Source: Octopus bimaculoides
Lineage: Eukaryota
Direction: 5' to 3'
Length of the DNA: 41,756 nucleotides
Assembly: GCF_001194135.2 (NCBI RefSeq)
Contig: NC_068983.1
Location: forward strand, 93,224,057-93,265,812
The position numbers were made by a program, and so were the translations under genes. Shown in pieces: positions 10,937 to 23,210 of the stretch (position 1 is its first letter; every line of letters begins with the position of its first letter). The notes under the pieces were generated by a model. It was not told the origin of the DNA. It searched no databases and saw nothing but the letters and a program-made list of their open reading frames with translations.

Positions 10937-12072
10937 CCATATATACTCAAGTAATAATCGATCTCATGTAGAAGTTGACTCCCTATTTTTGACCAAAAAG
11001 TTGGGAATTTTCCATAGACCATGTATAAAAGTCGACCCTAATATTTCACAAACAACAGGACATTTGTGGGTCAAGATACCATATTATCCTGTACATAGAA
11101 ATAACATTTACAAAATTGTGTGGCTGGAATGCTCAATGCATATAGTAAAACACATTTAATAGCAAGCACTACACATCTGTTGATGGGTGCTACATCACAA
11201 CTAAAATGTATGCATAGGATATGCTTCAAGCCTGCATACATCTTCAAGTACAATAAACATATGCATCATACACTCATTGTTTACATAGTGAGAAACATGT
11301 TTCACAGACAGCACTATCAGCAAACAACAGCAAACACCACTATATGAATTCATACAGAGGCATGACTTCAGTAAGCCTAAAAACATTTAGTTCATCACTA
11401 GATCAGTGGTTCCCAAACTATTTTTGCCATGGAACCCTTTGACATTTTTTTTTTAAATGTGGAACCCCTGATAGCTTTCAGGGAACCCTGGGGTTTTGCA
11501 GAACACACTTTGGAAATCCCTGCTCCAGATTAACAATTCTACACCATATTATGAACATTTACTGGTAACTGCACATGACATCCTGCAGCTTTATTTTTTC
11601 ATTTATGTTGAGAACAACTTATACACAGAACATGACACATTGCTTAACTTATAAGAATCATGTGGCAAACGCATTCCACGAAATGACAACTGACCATGAG
11701 CATGAATACGATAGCACCTAGGCTGAAATGCATTAATGTTATATTATGAGATATAAATTGATTTCACTCAGCTAGTCAGTTTGATGGACACAAATAAAAG
11801 AGAAAGTGTAAATATTTATATAAAGCTACACGGTCTTGTTTATGGGTTTTGTTATTTACTAGGACGTGTGTTTTGATGCATAGAATCGGTAATATTACTG
11901 TAATTCATTGTGTCTTTGTTTTTATTTGCTTAAAGATCAGTTGGGCTTCTGCTGCTGATAAGGTACTTTGGATTCCAGCTTGAATTTCAGCACCTCAAAA
12001 GCAGTATCCATGTAATAGTTGACCCCATAAATTTGACCTTAAAAAATTCGACTTTTACACAAGTATACATAG
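10937..12072. mobile_element. Decayed Tc1/mariner-superfamily (Tc2/pogo-like) DNA transposon
   Basis: Degenerate ~25-bp TIRs: TA|ccatatatactcaagtaataatcga and tcgacttttacacaagtatacatag|TA. No intact transposase. Confidence 0.45.
11404..11522. mobile_element. hAT-Charlie-type MITE
   Basis: TIRs cagtggttcccaaa and tttggaaatccctg. The 8-bp flanks cactagat and ctccagat are each one change from CTCTAGAT. Confidence 0.75.
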
Positions 12073-12257
12073 TAAATATACATGTATGAAAATATTCATG
12101 CATTAACAGATAAATATACATAAATCTTATGTCAATAGAAATACAACTAGAGGATGGAAAGGAAGAAAAAAATTAATGAAGTTTTGCAAGTATAGAAAAT
12201 ATATATCAAAGCACTACGCTATATTGCTGACAGATACAGGAAAAAAATCATTTGCAA

Positions 12258-12400
12258 CATAGGCAAAAGCCTCCAAATTTGGAGGGAAAAGATTCATTAA
12301 ATCACTTAAAGTACTTAACTGGTACTTATTTTGTCAACTCCATAAAAATTTATATTCAAAATGTAACTAAATACCACAAGGCCCCTTCTAATTCTGCCAT
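12258..12400 (-). mobile_element. Degenerate copy of the 16866-type SINE
   Basis: aactggtacttattttgtcaactc and aattctgcca match the reverse complement of 16866-17080. Confidence 0.5.
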
Positions 12401-15400
12401 CCAATACACTTAAAGATGAGAAAATATTAAAAAGCCTATGTTCATAGCGATGAAAACTATGTAAAGTCTATTAGCTCTAATGTTAAGAAAATCATCCCAA
12501 GGTAATTTGCTTAATTTTTTTGTTTATATTAACCAAGGTATCTCAAAACTTCTTGCTCTAGTTCGTCTTCAATGCTGTCTGCAATCACAAAACTTGTTCT
12601 AGTCTCTACATAAGATCAATGTGATTCCAAGGCCCGTTATTTAAATTATACCACCATCTCATCTACATTATATGCCACTTACACCTTCTACTACAGGTGA
12701 AATTTAAGAATTCTCATTGATTTTTATTTATCTATTCCAAGCAATATTTTACCATTTGTAAGTTTCTTCTCTGAACAGGAATTGTTTTCATAGACTTACA
12801 TCCTTTACATTAGCAACTCAGGATAAAAATGTCACAGAGTAACTTGCTGGGAATGTTTACAGTTCATTGAAGAAGAACGATCAAATTAATATTTCAAAAT
12901 TACTTTGCACATATGATCATATGTTTTATATAAATTTTCAGTGAAGCTGTACAAAGCTTCAGACTTACTAATGTAAGAATATTGCTATGACATTATGGGA
13001 GGATAATATAAAGTGAAGTTAATATGTGTATGATGATAGATCTATAATGCATGTCTGTGGGTGTATAATACTAATAATCAATTACCGTGACTGCTTTATA
13101 TACTCCAACACCAATCAAGATCCCAAATTAGAAACATGTCTAGTTCGTTCTTTGATGATAAATATCGACAAAATTTCCTTTAGCTACCAAAAGTATTTGA
13201 AGAAAATAACTTAGAGCTCAAGAAGATATTAGTAATCTCTCTAGACAAAAGTTTATCAGTGATTCAAATTTAGAATAAGTAATTTCGATATAGAAATGTT
13301 ACTATATGTGAAAATTAGTGTGGAACAGACAGAAAGTCAAAATAAGTATTCGAGATTTTAGTGCTCTCTATGGACACAAAATGTAGCATTTTATTGGTAG
13401 ACCCTTATGCTAAGAAGGCTGGATAGAGAAAATAGGGAATAATAGCAAAGAACACAACCACTCCAAAGGTCAACAAATCCCATCAAAATCTGATGTACAC
13501 AATAAAAAATTATCTGTTCTAGATTAGAACTGAATCATTAGTTGAAGAATGTGTGAAACAACTTTTGATTTACAAGTATATGCCATAAGAAGGGAAGTAT
13601 ATTGGAAAAATTAACATCTAGTGTTGCTATATATCTTGTACCAAATTTGATTCTTTCACTCATGGATTCTACAAGCTCTATAACTTTCAAATGAAACAAC
13701 AACAACTAAAAATGTTTATAGCCACAGAGAATCTGACCAAATATTGGGCTCCCACCAGCAACTAAATAAAAAAAAAGATTGCAAATATAACACTATTTTT
13801 CTTTTATAAGTGACTCAGAATATGAAGGCAAGTTCCCATAACCTTTGTGAACACTTTCATATTGGTCACATGAAAAAAGATGATATGCAGTTTGAACATA
13901 TGCATGCCGATATCTACAGAAAAAACATAAGCATAGAGAGAACTCCAAAAGGTTGCAGTTCTTGCAAGGAACAACTAAGTACATGCAACATTAGGGGTGA
14001 TGTAAGGAGAAATAAGTTTATCAATGGAGTTAAATAAAAAGTTTTCTTTTCTATTTTTTGTTTTACAAAATCGTATCAAATACTTTATTTTCCAAATCAA
14101 TTAGGCAGTGTATTTCATTAGAATTATGGTCATAGAAGATGAAAGAAATGAAATACATGAAGATAAAGGGAGACTGCAGAACTTCATGGGTGACAATTCC
14201 TAGAGTTTTTTTAAAATGTTTTATAGTCTGTATTAAATGTCAGTTCTAAGAAACTGCTGGGAATGAAAATAATTTGATAAAGAAGACTGGCCAGAAATGT
14301 GATAGATGATAAGAGGTCACAAGTTAATGATGGTGCAACAGGTTAGTGGAAAAACTTTCAAAACAATTCATCCTATTTACAGACAGTTTATAGCAACAAA
14401 CTCCTACTAGGTTTTAACCTTCATTAATACAAAATAGCTGAAACCAATATAGAAATGAGAAAAAAAAAAAATCATTTGCATCATTGCATAATTATAATAA
14501 AGATTTTCTCTGTGCAACAGAAATTCATAGACCTGCCTCTGAATTTCTGTTACTTAGACGTTGACTGAATATGTTTTCTTGATATACTCTAGTGCTTTTC
14601 TTAATAATTTGGCAACTTCTGTATGCCCCAGTGCATTTACGATTACAATAAATTCATAATCACATAAAAATTTCTATCAAAATAATGTCACCGACAATTG
14701 ATTGTCTCTGAATGGCTCCAGGAAAGTTTGTTAATTTATTTAACCAACTTTTGCTAATTCCAATATAATATCTTTGGCATAAGAAAGAAAAAGAAAAGCA
14801 GCTCTATATCAAATATTTTGGCTATTTATCTCAAGTAACTAAAGATATACTCCAAATGAAAAATATAGAACATTGTTGATTTATTGTGGGAATAAATGTG
14901 TTTGGTAGAATTTGTTGCAATTGAGAAATATGATTTTCTTAATTTTGAAATCCTTTGAATGTTGGACAGTAATAAATAGAAACATCTACACATCGAATGC
15001 ATATAAGCCTATAATGATCCTTCCAACTTTAATTACATTTTTGCGAAAAACTTTATCTTTAATGCATTTTCTAGTAAATTCAAATGCTCTTATGTTGACA
15101 ACTCAATAGTACAAACTTAAGGAACTTTCAACAAGTCATAATAAACAGTTATTTTAATGAGAAGTCTTTCCAAAGCACCTTAATTAAATCTGACTTACAA
15201 AGCCTTTAATTAAATCTAACTTACAGAATACCTGATAAGACTTTAATTCTAAATCACTAATCACATTAAATGAAAAAATTACATCCAGAAAAAGACTTAT
15301 GACTTAAGAATTGAATAATACAACTAACAACTAAGAAGTCAATTTCTATGTTTTCATTCTTCCTTAGAATTCAAAATGTATTTCATCATCAAATGATAAG

Positions 15401-15568
15401 CATGTAGAACTTTTTGAAATGAGTAATAAAGTCAAAACAGAAGATGTGAAAATATCATAAAGATAAAAAAAAAAGTTACTTTGAATTTTCTCGAGATGCA
15501 CTGTGAAGTGAAACAATTTTACCAAAGTAATGAGGTATTAAAATAATTGAGATGCTAAAATAACAGTT

Positions 15569-15845
15569 ATCATCATCGTTGTTTAACATCCACTTTTCAT
15601 GCTGGCATGGGTTGGACGGTTTGACTGAGGACTGGCGAGCCAGAAGGCTGCACCAGGCTCCAATCTAATCTGGCAAGGTTTCTATAGCTGGACACTCTTC
15701 TTAATGTCAACCACTCCGAGAATGTAGTGAGTGCTTTTTACGTACCACCGGCATGGGAGCCAGTCAGGCGGTACTGGCATCGACCACACTCAAATGGTGC
15801 TTTTTACATGCCACTGGTACAGTAGCCAGTCAGGCAGCACTAGAC
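15569..15845 (-). mobile_element. RTE LINE 3' tail fragment
   Basis: Reverse complement of the RTE tail with (CAT)n at the left end. Two ~66-bp repeat units. Confidence 0.9.
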
Positions 15846-15850
15846 ATTAA

Positions 15851-16072
15851 CCCTTTTGTTACCATATTTCTGTTGAGATGCTCTGTGTCACTTTCAATTA
15901 ATTTTAAATATAACAAAGAATTTAGTAAAATAACTTAGTTATCATTAAGCTAGTGTTAGGAACATAAATTGTGACTAAGGTTTGATGAAAGATTTTAATT
16001 CAGAACTTTTGAAAACAAGACATTTGTACTACAGAACCAGAGGTGGTTTCAGCCTAGTTGATATCAAAAGGG
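15851..16072. mobile_element. piggyBac-type MITE (222 bp)
   Basis: TTAA at 15847-50 and 16073-76. TIRs cccttttgttacca and tgatatcaaaaggg. Confidence 0.85.
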
Positions 16073-16259
16073 TTAATATGTAATGAAATCAATGAAAACT
16101 ATTGTTTGAGCAGGTACTAGTTGGTAGTTGATGTAGGGATAGACATCATAAGTTGAGATAAAGTTGGAAGAAACAATAAAAAAATACCATAACCATCACT
16201 TGCAAGTGAGTATGTGGCAGCCTGTATCATGCTTTCACTAATTGTTTTAGCCATCTAAG

Positions 16260-16485
16260 TAATTGCAAGCAGACAGACACCCTTAAATCCTTAAACCAGT
16301 GGAATATCTGGTGTGTAACAACTAGAAGGGGAGAATACTGATCTCATCTCAGCTGAGTAAACTAGAGTAATATGAAATGAAGTGCCTTGTTCAAAGGTAC
16401 AATGCACTACTTGATCTAAGAACTAAACCTATGACATTATGCTCATGAATCTAATACTCTAACCACAAAGCCATGTGCCTTCACA
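16260..16485 (-). mobile_element. Decayed tRNA-derived SINE
   Basis: Minus strand reads gtgaaggcacatggctttgtggttagagtattagattcatgagc...ttgaacaaggcacttcatttcat, a tRNA-like head plus a conserved-core-like body. Confidence 0.55.
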
Positions 16486-16865
16486 AGATGAAGTAGGTCA
16501 CAAATAATAGATCATGGTCAAAGATATGTAGGTAGCTAGGAAGTTCATATAAATGTAGAATGGATATATTAAGATAGTCTGTAATAGAAACACTGAAGAT
16601 AAATTTCTTGCAAAATCTATTTAAAACCTACTAACTGATGATAAACTGAATTGTTTTTACTTTGTAACCAGTAATAACAAGATACTCCAAGAATGACTTA
16701 ATGGAAACAAAATTAATGGAGAAGTCAATAACAATTGCATAACCATCCAAGAAGATACAATTTCATAATTATTGTTTCTATTCCAGGAGATTGTTTTAAA
16801 ACCAGATAGCTATTATAAGGAAATGAAAAGTTAACAAAAAGTATTGCCAATATTGTTGTCAATAT

Positions 16866-17080
16866 GAAGGCGGTGAGCTGGCAGAATTGTTAGTATGCCG
16901 GGCAAAATGCTTAGTGGTATTTCATCTGTGTTTATGTTCTGAGTTCAAATTCCACTAAAGTTGACTTTATCATTCATCCTTTCAGGGTTGATAAAATAAG
17001 GACCAGTTGTACACTGCGGTTGATGGGATTGACTTATCCCTTCCTCGAAATTGTTGGCCTTGAGCTTAAATTTGAAACCA
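16866..17080 (+). mobile_element. tRNA-derived SINE
   Basis: A-box-like TGGCAGAATTGTTAG (16879-93) and B-box-like GAGTTCAAATTCC (16941-53). Homologous copies at 35485-35695 (+), 31335-31500 (-) and 12258-12400 (-). Confidence 0.8.
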
Positions 17081-17289
17081 ATATAGTTGTCAATATTCAA
17101 TAACATAACGAAGTTACAAAACTGGTAGCAGAAATTTGATCTGTCTGGTTGGTCTTGACTACTAAGGTCTGTAATTTTATCTGTTTAGTTTAATTCTGAC
17201 TGACTTTAATCATAAGCTTTCTTCTTTTAATTTTGTCCTAGACACAACATGAAGAAATGATGGAATGATCATACGAGGAACACCTTTAA

Positions 17290-18295
17290 CTCTTTTGATA
17301 TCAGCCTCCCTAAAACCACCCCTAGTTGTATGATCACTTCTTTAAAGTGAACGAAATTAAAACCATCCATCAAAATATGTTAATTTAAGTTCCAAACACC
17401 AGCTTAATGCCAACTAAGTTATTTTGCTAAATGATTATTTTCAAAATTAATTGAAATGAAAAAAAAGGCATCAGAGGGGCGATGCATACCCTGTGCACAG
17501 ATAAATTTTTTTGAAAATTATAGTGAGGCCTACAATGTGTTGCTTACCCATGCTTTTTAAGTGAACTGAATGAAGCTTTGTAAGTGTTTGACTAAAAGAG
17601 GATTAGAAGCCTAAGTACGGTGAAATTAAGAAATCAACTCGTAAATAAACAAGACCCTTGAATCCATCACTGTACACACACATGCACACATCTATCTGTG
17701 CATTTATGTATCTACCCACATACGTCTATGCACATAGGTAGATCATGATCTATATACACACAGACGAGGGTTGATTCATATGAAAAAGAAAGTGAACAAA
17801 ATGAAATACTTATGGAAAATATTGCATAGCAAAGTCTTTCAATGATGGCAGGTGAATCAAACATACTGTAGTTCATTGTAGGATATAAATAATATGACCA
17901 CTTGCTCATCAGGAAATCTGTATGTTCGATTTCTCTTTAATTTTCTTAAGTATCACCATTAGAGGTATTTATGCTTCAGTGAAATTTTAAAAATCAACTC
18001 ATAAATAAATGAAACCCTCAAATCCATCAGTGTACATAAACACACGCACACACACACACGCATATCTATGTATGTATTTATGTATGTTTGAAAATAATCA
18101 AACTAAATTTTCATCATTTCGAGCCACTTACCGAATGAGTATTTCTGCCAAATTTGGTGAAAATCTCTTCAGCAGTTTTCCAGTAATTTTGCAAACACAC
18201 AAAGATGAGTTGAGTGATTACAATACCCTGCTTTCACTTACATGCAGAGGGCAATAAAGGTAGTCTATTTCAAAAGAAATATGGTAACAAATGTG
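17290..18295. mobile_element. Second piggyBac MITE copy (inverted relative to 15851-16072), split by an ~800-bp insertion
   Basis: 17290-17458 and 18256-18295 together match the reverse complement of 15851-16072. TTAA at 17286-89 and 18296-99. Confidence 0.8.
17459..18255 (+). mobile_element. Non-autonomous element, likely Helentron/HINE (DINE-1)-like
   Basis: Boundaries are set by the interrupted MITE. Short hairpin near the left end (gcatc..gatgc), terminal hairpin ccctgc..gcagaggg (18226-51), internal ~70-bp duplication (17620-17690 / 17979-18050), (CA)n, and a ccaaatttggtgaaaatc..cagcagtttt motif typical of rolling-circle non-autonomous elements. Confidence 0.5.
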
Positions 18296-21082
18296 TTAAT
18301 CATAGATCTGCTAAACTGGGGTTGACTTCAACAATGTAATTTGAGTGGTATACTATCCAAATAGAACTCTGTCAATCTTTCACATGAATAGTGACTTCTC
18401 ATGGATACTATACTATATTAAATGAGATAGTAGGTAACTACTCCTATGTACTTAACCACATATCAGGAATTAAACAAGGCTAAACAATGATAGGCAATAA
18501 ATAGGAACTGAACTTTGTTACATTGCAATAAAGTATTAAAAAGTCCTCCAAGTATTTATAACTACAACACAAATGGGAACCCATTAGCAAGAAATTACAT
18601 GTTAAATAGGTCCACTCTTTGTTAAAACTCAACACTGAATTCGCTGATGAAGACAAGTATCAGAATTTCAAAAAGAATTCATGAGAATTAACTAATTCGA
18701 TTTTAAGGCAATGTTTAAATGAAGATTTTTTATTTGCTTCATATCAGCATCCACAAAATAATTTCAGACACAGTGACTTGTCTTGGGGGTCATTAGATCA
18801 GTTAATCTAAAGATTGGTGGTATTACTTTCAGGGCTATTACTATGGAGAATCAAAGAACTGAAAATTGAAGATACTTGCAACTAACATGTAATCAGGAAA
18901 TGAAGAAGAAATAAAATATTTATTTAAAAATAAATAAATGAAATTTATTTCTAAAATTAAGCACGTAAAAATGAGAAGCACGTGAGATTATTGTTCTAGA
19001 AAGTATAAGAAAAAGGTTTTAGAAAAGAATTAATGGCATTTGTTGATAGAAAACCAATGAGACTCCCACCCACGAAGTTCGTCATCAACACGATTTGGGT
19101 CAAAAGCAACTGCCAAGAATGCTCTTCAATTCTTTCTCCTGTAACAACCTTTAACTTACGACATTGGTTGTCTTTTTTTCTCTTCTTTTATTCTTTGCTA
19201 AATATAATCTCATTAAAATGTTTCTAACCTAGTGTGAGGCTAGTGAAATTGACTTTTTAATTAATTTTTAAAAATTGCCATTAATTTCTTTTTCAATCAC
19301 TTATTTTTTTCTTTCTCAGAAACACTCGTGGGATTGTCTACATCTTTTAGTTATATTTTTATTATTGTTAGTGCTTAAGAAAATACTCAAAATAAATAAA
19401 ATAATTAGAAGTTGATTAACAACAAGGGGAAAACAGTACAATAATAAAACTTCATCGATTTGAAATTTGTAAAGAAGAAATAAGCTATGATTGTTAACAA
19501 TGAAAATATATTTCTTGTCAGTATTTTCTTCAGATGAGAGCATTTATGGTGAACTGGCTCCATTTATATTAGCCAAGTTCAATATATAGGAAAGAATTGT
19601 AGGCAATCTTTGGTTTTATGTACATATATCTGTGGAACTGATATTGTAATTGTTTAGAGGTTGGTTTATTTTTCTGACAATCCTTCCTATTAAGTTGTCG
19701 ACAACACAATTAATTTGTAACAACTTTTCCTATCCAAACCCAGTAACTACGTGCAGGGTAGGTATTTGGAGGTGTGGCGCCCATTTGGGTGAGGTGAGGG
19801 GGAATTTCCAAGGGAAAAATTATTTGTAGCATATTAGATTAGATTAGTTGATAGCACAAGAAGAAAAAAAAAACAAAAACAAAAAAACAGGAAAATGCAT
19901 TATTTCCCACCAAAATTTAGTTCGGTGTTAAACTATAAATTTACCAAAAATTTTCACCCTCAGTGAGCGCGGGCAAAAATTGGAAAGAAATTTAACAAGA
20001 TCCCAAGGAAACTTTTATCTGTTGCATGATGTTATGCTAAGAGACATACATAAAAAGCAAATTAATAATTAGAATTTTTCAGAACCTGGTTATATACTTG
20101 CCTTATATTTTTTTATATAACCTCTGTTGTAGAAAAAAACAGACCTGTCTGCTTGTTTCTTAGCTGTATGGTTCTGAATTTAGCACCACTGTGTGACACC
20201 AAATGTCTCTTACTATAGTCCCCCCCTGTGTGTATGTGGCTGTGTTTGTGCTTGTCCAAAAACCTGAATGGGAGTCATTGCAAAGAGATTTTTCTCTTTT
20301 AAACAAGACAAAAAGTTTTATCACACCTCCCCATCTCTCTCTTTCTCTTACTGTATACACACACACGCGTGCGCGTATGTATATGTATACGATTCACTAC
20401 ACACTAAAAAATACATATACGTACAATCATACACATGCAAGCATAAACATACATACGCATGCATTCACACAAATACAATGGCTTCAACAAAACCACTATG
20501 AAAAATAATTGAACTTTTCACCTTTGTTTAACAGAAATTCCTGTGGCCAAAATATTGAGCACACATTTAGCCTTTTGCTTTTATCTTTGTTTTATTTTTT
20601 GCTTTCTTTAAAATATACACACACACACATAAAATACACTTTAATTGAAAAGTTTCCCCCCCAAATTAAACATACAAAGTATATTTATAGCAACTCACAC
20701 ATAAACATACGCACACACATATATATATATATATATGTAGAGAACGACCGTGCGAACCAAAGGAGAAAGGTGACGAATGGAAACAGGCTCCTTTTTAACG
20801 CGGCGCACGGTCGACACAAAATATGATATATGTTATAATACTATAACATAGAGAATTCGCATGTGTAATGCGAGATTTGCCAGCAAGGAAAAGATAGAGA
20901 TGACTCAACCAGTGAAGATGTATAACAGTAAGGTCTATTGGAGCATTAAACTATATGTCTGTGTGTGAGTGAATGCGACATAATAAAACACAATATAAGA
21001 CAGGCCGTCATGTAAACAAAAGAGTGTATGTATACAAATATATGTATATGAATGCAAGAGATACAGAGCACAGAAAAGAGTC

Positions 21083-21787
21083 TGTAACACGGATAAGAAA
21101 ATACCAGTTCTCAGTTAAGGTACACAGTAGTTAGAAAGTCTGTATATAAGAGGTTGAGGCTTTGAGGCAGAGCTAAGTCACATGTCGTGCAGTTGAGGCT
21201 TCTATGCCAGGCCGGGCTACTTGATACAGATGGTTTCTCGCAGGTGTCGAATTCTGGCTGTTATTTCGTGGTAAACAATTCACANNNNNNNNNNGTTTCT
21301 CGCAGGTGTCGAATTCTGGCTGTTATTTCGTGGTAAACAATTCACACAAACAGGGTTGAGAGAAGCTGCGGTTGCTGTTGGTAGCTTGTGTACGTAATGT
21401 CGTGTTGACGCTGGCAACAATGCTTGTAGTAAACAGTTGAACGATGGTGTTGATGTCGTCGCTGGAAACTGGCTGGTTGGTGTTACGTGGTCAACGACCA
21501 GACCTTAGCAGGTCTGAAGCTGCGATAAATTGACGTGGGTTAAAGCAGGCTATTTATAGGTACAGAGAGGCTCCAGAAACATTAGAAAAACTCTCTCTCA
21601 CATGACCTTATTAGATGGCCATGATTGGTCGGTATGCACCCTGGCGCGAAACAGGACTGGAGACAAATGCCGTGCAAATAAAAGTCAGTCAGGGTGATGG
21701 ACACAGCGGGGGCCAAAGCGGGAAAGAGATGTTACCTGCTACGTTCGCATTTGTAAATAAATAACCGAGAGAAGTGGTTTCACTACA
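21083..21787. mobile_element. Probable solo LTR
   Basis: GC/CpG-rich ~700-bp block bounded by TGTAAC (21083) and CACTACA (21787). Minus strand has CCAAT and CTATAAATA; plus strand has TATATAAG and AATAAA. An alternative left end at 21043 gives a TATA/TATA 4-bp TSD. Confidence 0.55.
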
Positions 21788-22063
21788 TATATATACATAC
21801 AATTCGTCATACATTTAAACAACCAAATACATACTCTCACATACACAAATATTTTACTCAAATATGCCCATAAACACCCCCAAACATTCACATACACACA
21901 TACAATTGACCCTTACACTTGACACAAGCAAATTCGGATGAATGGGTTTGGTATCTTGTGTCCCTAAAGTGTAGAAAGTACGTTTTTTTAAGGAGCATTT
22001 TTTTATGTAGATTTTTTTAAACTTCAAGGTGACCACCTTCATGAAATGTCACAGAATAGCATG

Positions 22064-22127
22064 TGGCCTCTTTGGGCGCGGGGCCCGATTGGGAGCAATC
22101 GGTTCAATTGGTTTAAGGCTGGCTCTG
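22064..22127. mobile_element. MITE end of CAGGGCCGG-type (hAT-Tip100/MER45-like)
   Basis: gggcccgattgggagcaatcgg...taaggctggctctg resembles the decayed ...GCCGGCCCTG terminus. A similar end lies at 27722-27773. Confidence 0.35.
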
Positions 22128-22909
22128 ATTACATGGAACTTCGAGTTCAATGGTTAAAAACGAATTATTTCACGTTCCCTCGAAGATACTTGATTCTTAT
22201 GATGTATTTGTAGGCCTTTCACAGTTACTTTAACAATCCTGTTATTAAATTAAAACTTAAAAGTGTCGTTCTTAAAAAGTTAAATATTTTAATAAATAAG
22301 ACACTAACGGGTCATTACATATAGTATTTAGAAAGTGACGTTTAAGCATTCACATATTCCTTGCGCTTACTCAGATACCCAAGTCCATTTTTATATTTTC
22401 CTGGGCTGTTTCCTTTTTTTCCCTATCAATCCTGCGGGAGTGTAGGACAAAAGTCCCATAAGCTCCATATCCCGTCCTGCGAGTATATGGACCTAAAATC
22501 CAAAGATCTCTCGTACAATTCTTGACTCTTGCAATAAAATGTTTGGAAAAGTTAACCGTCATGCAAAAGTCTATGTAATTGTTTTGTCTGTTGGACCAAT
22601 TTAAGGTTATGGTGAGCCAACGAAAGAGACATTATGTGGTCGCTCGAATTGTTTTCTCAAAAACGAAACCCTGAGCGCAGTAGTTCTTGATCGGTGTGTT
22701 AGGGTATGTAAGTAAGGCGCTGATTTTAAATAAATATCATTTAAAGCTTTGGGAAATCCATACTAATGCTCGAGCATCATGAAAGACATGTTATAATCTT
22801 GTTATACACTTGATGATTACTGAAAACCAAGAGATAGTTTTGGCTTTTTTTCCTAAATTTTCAACTTTAGAATAGTTTTAAAACTTTACAAACGAAGTGC
22901 GAAAGCAAA

Positions 22910-23210
22910 CTACTCTGCCATCTTAAAAAAAGGAAGGACCATATTGTATAATGGAATCCTAGACGCAATGCACTAAGATCGCCAACGTTCCATTCATGAC
23001 TATCCTGTAAAGGTGACCAGAAATTAATGAGCAGGAAAAGTTACTATTATATCGAGAAAACCAGTCTCACTTCATCGAAATAGGCATAAAAAATAAGTTA
23101 AACTAATAAAACAATACTAATATTAAGTCTGGCGAAGGTGGTTATGATTGCGTGGTTATGATTGCGCCGAAAACAAGTGGTGTGCGTATTCTTTACTTCC
23201 GTCACTAAGT
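22910..23210. promoter_or_regulatory. Candidate housekeeping-type promoter
   Basis: YY1-like GCCATCTT (22917-24), ETS-like ACTTCCG next to a CGTCA half-CRE (~23195-23205), and a 14-bp direct repeat (23138-65), all within a CpG-retaining domain. Confidence 0.3.

Noticed and set aside
11936-11962. Plus-strand 27-nt micro-exon candidate (ISWASAADK)
   Set aside because: It lies inside the putative 10937-12072 transposon, has a weak donor and no recognisable homology.
14547-14678. Minus-strand peptide ..NALGHTEVAKLLRKA resembling an ankyrin repeat
   Set aside because: Lacks the TPLH-type first half, is bounded by stops and has no suitable donor; probably chance.
21233-21346. 52-bp perfect direct repeat (21233-21284 / 21295-21346)
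   Set aside because: Same 10-N gap overlap artefact.
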